This document shows positions 57,828 to 64,000 of a stretch of DNA of 64,000 nucleotides, in pieces. The DNA is from an uncultured Nitrospiraceae bacterium (GTDB taxonomy: Bacteria; Hydrogenedentota; Hydrogenedentia; Hydrogenedentales; SLHB01). The notes under the pieces were generated by a model. It was not told where the DNA came from. It saw nothing but the letters and a program-made list of their open reading frames with translations, and did no database searches. The DNA lies in contig CAZBQH010000200.1 in NCBI GenBank assembly GCA_964493915.1, positions 12,182 through 76,181 on the forward strand, in the 5' to 3' direction. The stretch's first letter is position 1. Each line of letters starts with the position of its first letter. The translations under genes were made by a program, and so were the position numbers.

Positions 57828-59894
57828 CTAGCTCGACGGCGTAGGCATCCCGTCCATCGCCCCAGTGTCTGGGAATACGGTGATTGCGGCCGCGAGGCAG
57901 CATGCTGCATTCAGTGTGTCCGGGTACACGGTGGGCGCCAGAGGATCAGCCTGGGCGGCTGCCCCTGCCCCTGACCCTCTAGCCATGGCGTCTCGCATGT
58001 ACGGCCCAAGACGGGCGAGTTCCTTCGGTTCGTCCCGCCAGAGCATTGCCAGGTTCAGCAGAGTCTTGGCCGTTTCATGGGGCGCCATCTCGTCGAGGCC
58101 CTCGAGAGCCTTCTCGGCAAGGTGTTCCCATGGCGCCGATCGAGGGCGGCCGGGCCGGGCGACATCCGCGGCCCAGTAGTCAAGAGCGCCTGGAACCGTC
58201 CAATGTCCCGTGCCGTCTAGGCAATGGTAGTTGATAAGCGCGCGTAACTCGCTGCGTCTTTCATTCCATTCCTCTTGCTTGAAGCCAAGGGCGTCGGCGA
58301 TTTCGATGGCCGCGCTGATTCCGATGTAGGTAACAGCGACCAGGCCGTTGCTCTGAGCGTCGCGCCAACGTGCAGGGTCGAACGAGTGAAGAGGCATGCG
58401 GGTCCTTAGGTCGCACCAGCGGACCAGAAAGTCTGCACCTTGCTGAACGCTCGGCCAGACACCCTCAAGAAAGGCCCGCCGCCGTTCTTTATCTAAGCGG
58501 CGGCTGTGCTCGGAAATGTCCCAGAGCGTCCAGGCAGTGCCGTCTACCTCGAGTACCGGATAAGGCAACGCCTCCGTGCCGTCGGCGTAGACCGTGGCCG
58601 GCACAGAGCCGGCAGGTCGGCCCGGTTGTGTCGTTTGGCGCACAAGCCCGGCCCCGAAAAGGACATGCCGCTCTGCAAGCTCGGGGAATCCCGCTTTATC
58701 GAGGGCCAACGTGATCCATGGGGCATGCCGCGCGAAGTGCATCGCCAACGGCGGCTGAGGAGTAGGGTTGCGCACAACAGCGCCCGTTTCCCGATCCATG
58801 GCGCTTAACAGCGTCATCAAGCAGCCTTCGGCCATGGCGCGAATGGCAGGATCCGGCGAGGCAGGCAGTGTCGCCTTGGCCTGAACCGCCGCGATGCGGC
58901 TTCGGGCGTCCTGCAAAAGACCAGCCCAACCTTGCACACAGGCTGCGGCCAGCCGCTCCGATACGGTCTCCCATGTTGGGCCAAAGGCCGTGTAGACGGT
59001 CGCTTCGCTCAGGGAACTGCCCGAATCGTCCTCGCGCTGCGTGGGCGGGATTGCTATGACTGAACTGCAGGTGCCCACCGCAGCCTGATCCTTTGCCAGC
59101 TTGCCCGCACTCGCCTGCGTGTAGGGCGATGCAGGCCCGGCGTCTGGTCCGCACTGGAACGCCTCCGCACCTGCGGAGGACGTATAGGCGATCCACACTC
59201 CCTCGCCGAAGGCGCGCCACGCTTCGCTTTCTGCCTTAGTCCTGATTAGCTCTCTGGCCTGTTGCCAGGACCTGCTGTTCAGGTCCTCGGGCCGGAAGTG
59301 GCAGATGCTCGTCCCAGTCCCCGTTGTGAAGACTGCAAAATCGTTCGCGCTGTCGAAAGCCCAGTCAGCGAGCGGCCATTCAGGGAGAACACGTGTGGCG
59401 GGGCAAAAGTTGGCGATCCAAAAGAACGTCTGGACCGGCCGGGCCGACTGTACGCGGATATGCACCCCGAACACGTCGTGCTCGGGGTGTACAAGAAGCT
59501 CCTGGGTGGCCGTAAAGTCCGGGTCCTTTGACCGCGTTGTCACCCGGAAGACGTAACCTGCCCGATCGGTTGACGCCGTTGCGTCGCCTGTGACCCCATT
59601 CAGCCAAAGGGTATTGTCGTCTATCCGCAGACCCCAGAACAGGCCATCTGCCGGCAGGGCGCCATACTGGGGCAGATTGCGGGAACGGGTGCGATAGCTA
59701 AGCTGGTCGCTGAGACCGGGGCTCGGCCAGCGGCACACTGTGATCCGCCCTGCGCCGTTCGCGCTAAGGGTCAACCGCCCATTGCCAAGAACAATCGCAG
59801 TATCCGGCGGACCAAAGATTTCTTCGAGAACGCCATACGACGGGGGTGCCGCGGCGAATGCCGCAAAAAAGAGGAGAGCAAGCGGCAATATCAC
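57828..59894 (-). CDS. secreted hypothetical protein, possible (alpha/alpha)6-barrel glycoside-hydrolase-like fold
   Basis: 688 aa. Signal peptide MILPLALLFFAAFAAAPPSYG, an N-terminal beta-rich region and a C-terminal helical region. Family assignment is tentative. Its start overlaps the upstream gene by 4 nt. Confidence 0.4.
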   Translation of the reverse strand: MILPLALLFFAAFAAAPPSYGVLEEIFGPPDTAIVLGNGRLTLSANGAGRITVCRWPSPGLSDQLSYRTRSRNLPQYGALPADGLFWGLRIDDNTLWLNGVTGDATASTDRAGYVFRVTTRSKDPDFTATQELLVHPEHDVFGVHIRVQSARPVQTFFWIANFCPATRVLPEWPLADWAFDSANDFAVFTTGTGTSICHFRPEDLNSRSWQQARELIRTKAESEAWRAFGEGVWIAYTSSAGAEAFQCGPDAGPASPYTQASAGKLAKDQAAVGTCSSVIAIPPTQREDDSGSSLSEATVYTAFGPTWETVSERLAAACVQGWAGLLQDARSRIAAVQAKATLPASPDPAIRAMAEGCLMTLLSAMDRETGAVVRNPTPQPPLAMHFARHAPWITLALDKAGFPELAERHVLFGAGLVRQTTQPGRPAGSVPATVYADGTEALPYPVLEVDGTAWTLWDISEHSRRLDKERRRAFLEGVWPSVQQGADFLVRWCDLRTRMPLHSFDPARWRDAQSNGLVAVTYIGISAAIEIADALGFKQEEWNERRSELRALINYHCLDGTGHWTVPGALDYWAADVARPGRPRSAPWEHLAEKALEGLDEMAPHETAKTLLNLAMLWRDEPKELARLGPYMRDAMARGSGAGAAAQADPLAPTVYPDTLNAACCLAAAITVFPDTGAMDGMPTPSS

Positions 59895-61330
59895 GGTTTT
59901 TCCCCGCTTGAATGTCTCGAGTGTGATGCAAGATGCCCCGTGAAATCGAGGGAATCCTTCTCTACGGTTGCGGCGATTTCGAGAGCGCCCATCTGACCCA
60001 GGGCGCGAAACTTCGGGATGACCTTCTCCTCAATCTCCTGTACGCCTGTTTCAGGCAAAAGCTGGCTCAGAGCAGCATGGCGCGCCAACTCTGAGAAAAC
60101 CTCGGAAGTTTCCTTCCAATCCACGCGCAATGCTACATCCGCATCAATCTGTTCAAGAACAGGCTCATTTCGTGCAAGCTCCGCCATCAAAGGCTCCTGG
60201 CTCGCCGCGAGCCAATACTCCTCCTTGTTACACAGGCACAATAGCAAGGCCTCGCCAATGAGCGGCGCAACGACTCCGGGCGCTCCATGCCACTCGTGGG
60301 GCAGAGCGTCCAGTTCAGCCGCAAGCGGCGCCAATGGATGATCACCAACGCCGGATTGGACCCGGCGCATCAACAGCGCCGCCTTTGGAACAGGCGTGGT
60401 CTGCGACGTGTCCACGCCCGTAATACCGAACGAGCACTCCGCCACGCCTTGGTCCCAACCCTCGGGCAGGCCTTGAATGTCCCATGAAGCCCACATCGCC
60501 CACGCCGCCTTTACGACGGCATCCACGACGCTGCAATCGCGGAAAGGCTCGTACAGAATCTGTACAACCGATGCGATGTCGCGCCACCGTGTCGCGGTGA
60601 CGGTGAGAAGTGCGGAGGAGGGCCAAGGCTTTGTCATCGTAAGGGGGACTTCGCGGTCCGTACAGACGCCCGTAATCTGGCCCGTGACGGGGAGGCCCTC
60701 TGCCGCGCGAACCACGAGTTTTGTTTTCGGTGTTTGTTCCCAGCGAAACGAAACTGTGTCATGCTGTTTCGGACGCTCCGCCAAGTAAGCCGGCGCGCTC
60801 AAACACTGCTTGACATACCTTTCAGACTCAGAGAATATAAGCGATCCGTCGCGCCACGCATAGTACAAGCCGCGAAACGTGGGGAGGGAACTGCCGGTTG
60901 GCGCAGGCCCAACCAACCGTTTCAGGAAAAGAACGGAACGGAGCAGAAGCCCAGGGCGCACGCAGGCGCCTGACTGGTTCTCTGACCCAGCGATAAGAAG
61001 CCTCGGGCCGAGCCATAGACTCCAACGAGAAGGGGTGGGCCGGATTCCATAGGCCAAACGGACGGCCCGTTCGAAATCGCGCAATGGCGCGGGAGCTTCT
61101 TTGTTGAAGGCGCGTACAGCCTCGGTGGCAGCGGCCATACGCCAGAATCGGGGGAAGTCGTGGGCAGCGAAAGACCATGCAGCGTCTCGAGGCGCATACA
61201 ACGCGCCTGGCGCCGTTTTCAGGCCCGCGTCAACATGATTGAAGAGAAATACCGCAGCTATGCATGCTGCTAAGAACAGCCACCGCCGCGCCGTACGCGC
61301 CATTCTCGACGTCGCCTCGCGCAATCGCAA
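59891..61330 (-). CDS. hypothetical membrane-anchored protein
   Basis: 479 aa. N-terminal TM (WLFLAACIAAVFLF), then a large soluble domain. No recognisable catalytic motif. Confidence 0.45.
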   Translation of the reverse strand: MRLREATSRMARTARRWLFLAACIAAVFLFNHVDAGLKTAPGALYAPRDAAWSFAAHDFPRFWRMAAATEAVRAFNKEAPAPLRDFERAVRLAYGIRPTPSRWSLWLGPRLLIAGSENQSGACVRPGLLLRSVLFLKRLVGPAPTGSSLPTFRGLYYAWRDGSLIFSESERYVKQCLSAPAYLAERPKQHDTVSFRWEQTPKTKLVVRAAEGLPVTGQITGVCTDREVPLTMTKPWPSSALLTVTATRWRDIASVVQILYEPFRDCSVVDAVVKAAWAMWASWDIQGLPEGWDQGVAECSFGITGVDTSQTTPVPKAALLMRRVQSGVGDHPLAPLAAELDALPHEWHGAPGVVAPLIGEALLLCLCNKEEYWLAASQEPLMAELARNEPVLEQIDADVALRVDWKETSEVFSELARHAALSQLLPETGVQEIEEKVIPKFRALGQMGALEIAATVEKDSLDFTGHLASHSRHSSGEKP

Positions 61331-61361
61331 CGCTTACCTTGCCGTTCTGGAGACAGACGTT

Positions 61362-61652
61362 TCAGGGATTGCCAGCGGGACTCGCCTTTTCCCAGACAGC
61401 CTTTCTGTCCCGTTCACGCCGCTCCTCGACCGAGGCCAGTTCCCGGCTCAGCCGGGCCTGGGCCTGCTGCAGCTCCTCGACGTTGGCGGCGTCCGCGATT
61501 TGGGCCTCGAGCGTCAGCCGCACTTCAGCCGCTTGAGCGTCATACTTTCTGTCTATTTCGGCCATCTGTTCCCGTTGCTCGTCGCTCAGTTTCTGGACGG
61601 GTCCCTGTTCCTTCTCGAGCCGTTCCATAGCAAGCTCATAAGCGCTTTTCAT
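61362..61652 (-). CDS. hypothetical small coiled-coil protein
   Basis: Start placed at MKSAYELAMERLEK, with GAGGAGAGA about 10 nt upstream. 96 aa, highly charged and helical (E/Q/R-rich). The track's N-terminal extension runs into the upstream gene. Confidence 0.4.
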   Translation of the reverse strand: MKSAYELAMERLEKEQGPVQKLSDEQREQMAEIDRKYDAQAAEVRLTLEAQIADAANVEELQQAQARLSRELASVEERRERDRKAVWEKASPAGNP

Positions 61653-61668
61653 GGCGTCATGTCTCTCC

Positions 61669-62166
61669 TCAGATTCTGAATTCGTCTTCCAGGACGCTTG
61701 TGATGAAACGCTCGATCGAGATCGGGTAGTAGCGACTGTCAGGAGTGACAATCACCCCCGTCGTGATGTCTTCCTGGCGTTCCAGTTCGTCCAGTGCCAG
61801 GCTCAGGAGCTGGTCGACGGACCGAGATGTGTGTCTAACCTCAATATGCTCCGACTTGCAATCGACCGGCTTGCCCCGAAAGCCCAGAAAACCAAAGATG
61901 CGGCCCAGCAAAGCGCGATCGACATTCTCCTCGCCGAAAATGTCACCGTAACTTGGCTGGTAATGCGTGGGGCGGATGACAAAACGCGGCGAGACCTGGA
62001 TCTTGCCCCGCACCTCGACGGACTTGTTCTCTTCCTTGAGGGCGCTGCCTACACAGATGTAAGGGAGCTCATGATAGCCGCTCACAATGCCGTACGTCGG
62101 TCTGCGGATGATTTGCGTCCGCTGGAATATTTCCCGCATTTCGTCGCTGTCCAGCATGTCAATCAA
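61669..62166 (-). CDS. hypothetical protein
   Basis: 165 aa with no recognisable motif. It lies 16 nt upstream of the coiled-coil gene on the same strand. Confidence 0.45.
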   Translation of the reverse strand: MIDMLDSDEMREIFQRTQIIRRPTYGIVSGYHELPYICVGSALKEENKSVEVRGKIQVSPRFVIRPTHYQPSYGDIFGEENVDRALLGRIFGFLGFRGKPVDCKSEHIEVRHTSRSVDQLLSLALDELERQEDITTGVIVTPDSRYYPISIERFITSVLEDEFRI

Positions 62167-62257
62167 TTATCTCCCAAGCGATGCCATGCTTTCTGATGGT
62201 GTGTCACACACTCAGAGCCATACATCAGTTTATCGAATCGGGACGGCGGACGGCAAC

Positions 62258-62716
62258 TCATTTCGCGTCGCCGCTTACAATCAGTTCCAGGACGCGGAGA
62301 TGCTGGCCCGACGAGCTGGTTTGGCATCTCACCTCAACTTCATCTCCTGCATCCAAGGCGTCCCAATCGGTACGGCCTACTCGCACAACCGTTTCTCGCT
62401 TATCGCCTTCATCCAGCGTTAGCCGTAGAGTGATCAGGTGTTGCTGTTTGCCTTTTAGGCCTTGCTCCCATTGCTTCGATACGACCCGTCCCGGCAGAAT
62501 CCGGACGGGTCTGCCCTGATATCGGAGGAAGTCCTGCGACAGTCTAGCGAACACGAGCAAAGCTGTAATAGCAAGAACGAGCGATATGAGCAGTAAAAAG
62601 CTCCGGCGCGCTAGGCGCTTCGTGGATCTTTCCACGTCAGCCAAGGCATCTATGTGCTTGCGTTGCCACGCCCCTTGTCGGTGCGGTTCTCGGGGCACGT
62701 ATTTCGTTGGGGTCAT
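62258..62716 (-). CDS. hypothetical single-pass membrane protein (DUF3592-like size/topology)
   Basis: 152 aa. A basic N-terminus, one TM (FLLLISLVLAITALLVFA), then a beta-rich C-terminal domain. Confidence 0.4.
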   Translation of the reverse strand: MTPTKYVPREPHRQGAWQRKHIDALADVERSTKRLARRSFLLLISLVLAITALLVFARLSQDFLRYQGRPVRILPGRVVSKQWEQGLKGKQQHLITLRLTLDEGDKRETVVRVGRTDWDALDAGDEVEVRCQTSSSGQHLRVLELIVSGDAK

Positions 62717-63009
62717 GAGAATCGATCCTCGATCGAACTCTAGCCTTCCGGCAGACGATTGGGCAAGCCCATAGGTTTACAACGCCTCGAGGGTCTGCCG
62801 TTCCAAGACACTTGGGCGGCCATTATCATTTCTCGCTCTAAAGAACCCAAAACAATTGGACAGTTCAGTGAAACATCAGCATTATCCGAGTTTCGCCGTT
62901 CTGGTCGCGAGTTTTGCATTGCCTGCGCCGAGGTCCATAGTTGAATCGCCCGGACTGCATATAAGATGATTGCACTGAAGCGAAGAGCAACCTTCTATCC
63001 AGTAGGCAT

Positions 63010-64000
63010 ATGAACATTTTTGTCGCAGGCGGCGGACGGGTCGGATTTCACCTTGCCCGCCTTCTAAGCATTGAGAATCATGATGTAACGGTCATCGAGC
63101 AGGGCGCCGGCCCTTTCGAGCAAGTGGATTTTGCGCTAGACGTCCGCACCATTCTCGGAAATGCCGCCAGCGTCTTGCTTCAGCAAGAAACGGGGGTCGC
63201 TGACGCGGATCTATTTGTCTCGATGACAGGCGCCGACGAGATCAATCTCATTGCGGCCGCAACAGCCAAGGGACTCGGGGCCAAGCAGGTTGTTGCAAGA
63301 GTAGACGACCTGGTCTATATCGAGAGCAACATCCTTTACGAGACGATCCTGGGCATCGACTACATACTTAGCCCTAACGCACTTTCGGCACTGGAAATCG
63401 CCAAAAGCATCGAGTCTCCTGGAATGGTGGCGGCCGAAGAGTTTGCCCGAGGATTGGTCCAGGTGCGGCAGCTCCGGGTATCGCAATCGCCTACGACGAA
63501 CGGGAAGACGCTGCAGGATGTCCTCCCCCCAGGGAGCGGGGTATTGCTCGGTCTGATCACCAGAAAAGGCGTAGCCGACATCCCGCACGGCGACTCGGTC
63601 GTTGAACCGGGCGACTTGGTCACGCTCATCGGCCGGCGCGATGCGATGCCGCATGTGCAATCCCTTTTCCAGGGGACGGAGCAAAACCTGAAGAATGTCG
63701 TCATCATGGGGGGGGGCCAGATCGGGATGCACCTGGCGCAAGTCCTCGAAACCCGGCGCCGTTCGGTCAAACTCTTCGATCTCGATATGAACCGATGCAA
63801 CCTCCTTGCCGGCAAGTTGCACAAGACCAAGATTGTCTGCCGCGATGCAACGGCGCGAGGCGCCCTTGATCAGGAAAACGTAGAAAGCGCGGATGTTTTT
63901 GTGGCGACCACCAACGACGACGAGCGGAATATCATGGCGAGCGTTTTGGCCAAGGAGGTGGGCGTCGGGCACGCCATCGCGGTGGTTCACCAACCGGACT
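63010..64000 (+). CDS. trkA: Trk potassium uptake system protein TrkA (two RCK/TrkA-N domains), 3' end beyond window
   Basis: Not in the track because no stop falls inside the window. ATG 63010 gives MNIFVAGGGRVGFHLARLL (first Rossmann GxGxxG); the second RCK domain shows VVIMGGGQIGMHLAQVL. The frame is open to the window end. Confidence 0.8.
   Translation, partial: MNIFVAGGGRVGFHLARLLSIENHDVTVIEQGAGPFEQVDFALDVRTILGNAASVLLQQETGVADADLFVSMTGADEINLIAAATAKGLGAKQVVARVDDLVYIESNILYETILGIDYILSPNALSALEIAKSIESPGMVAAEEFARGLVQVRQLRVSQSPTTNGKTLQDVLPPGSGVLLGLITRKGVADIPHGDSVVEPGDLVTLIGRRDAMPHVQSLFQGTEQNLKNVVIMGGGQIGMHLAQVLETRRRSVKLFDLDMNRCNLLAGKLHKTKIVCRDATARGALDQENVESADVFVATTNDDERNIMASVLAKEVGVGHAIAVVHQPD

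Noticed and set aside
1-64000. Search for tRNA/rRNA genes, CRISPR repeats, IS elements, integrases
   Set aside because: No T-loop GGTTCGAATCC-like motif sits in any ORF-free stretch. No regularly spaced direct repeats, no transposase/integrase-like ORFs and no long inverted terminal repeats were recognised by inspection. tRNAscan, Infernal or a repeat finder would be needed for certainty.

Overview
This window is a high-GC (roughly 62-63%) Gram-negative bacterial chromosomal segment. The Gram-negative call rests on a Kdo/LPS pathway (kdsB, two Kdo/WaaP-family kinases), an OMP, an ExbB/ExbD module and a Tat signal. It is densely coding on both strands, with many overlapping stop/start junctions of the ATGA/TGATG type. 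Conserved housekeeping genes are an ilvB-like AHAS large subunit, comM/yifB, recO, lepA, two signal peptidase I genes, hemW, typA/bipA, rpe, kdsB, pyrG and trkA (partial at the 3' edge). Between them sit many secreted or carbohydrate-active proteins: heparinase II/III-like, a GHMP sugar kinase, a sulfatase-like protein, a GH42-like protein, a DUF5060/DUF4038 (GH140-like) protein, an FG-GAP protein, a ThuA plus Gfo/Idh/MocA pair and an (alpha/alpha)6-like secreted protein. This resembles PVC-superphylum-like or similar polysaccharide-degrading lineages, but that placement is inference only. No tRNA, rRNA, CRISPR array, transposase or integrase was recognised. The most unusual items are: (1) a single ORF fusing a sensor-less histidine-kinase core to a CoA-disulfide-reductase-like flavoprotein with a C-terminal rhodanese; (2) a tightly coupled exbB-exbD-TPR-VWA-heparinase-like-GHMP kinase operon with no canonical TonB, in which a TM/Pro-Glu-rich/VWA protein is the TonB-position candidate; (3) lepA followed by two signal peptidase I genes, the first carrying a second, catalytically degenerate peptidase domain; (4) an entericidin-like 46-aa lipoprotein gene missed by the ORF track; (5) a NapH-like membrane polyferredoxin with a Tat-exported DUF362 partner and an adjacent rhomboid; (6) an ECF sigma/anti-sigma/secreted-protein module; and (7) a five-gene minus-strand operon of uncharacterised proteins. 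ORF-track starts were refined where the sequence shows a better RBS/ATG or a translationally coupled start. Several track ORFs use GTG/TTG starts rendered as M.
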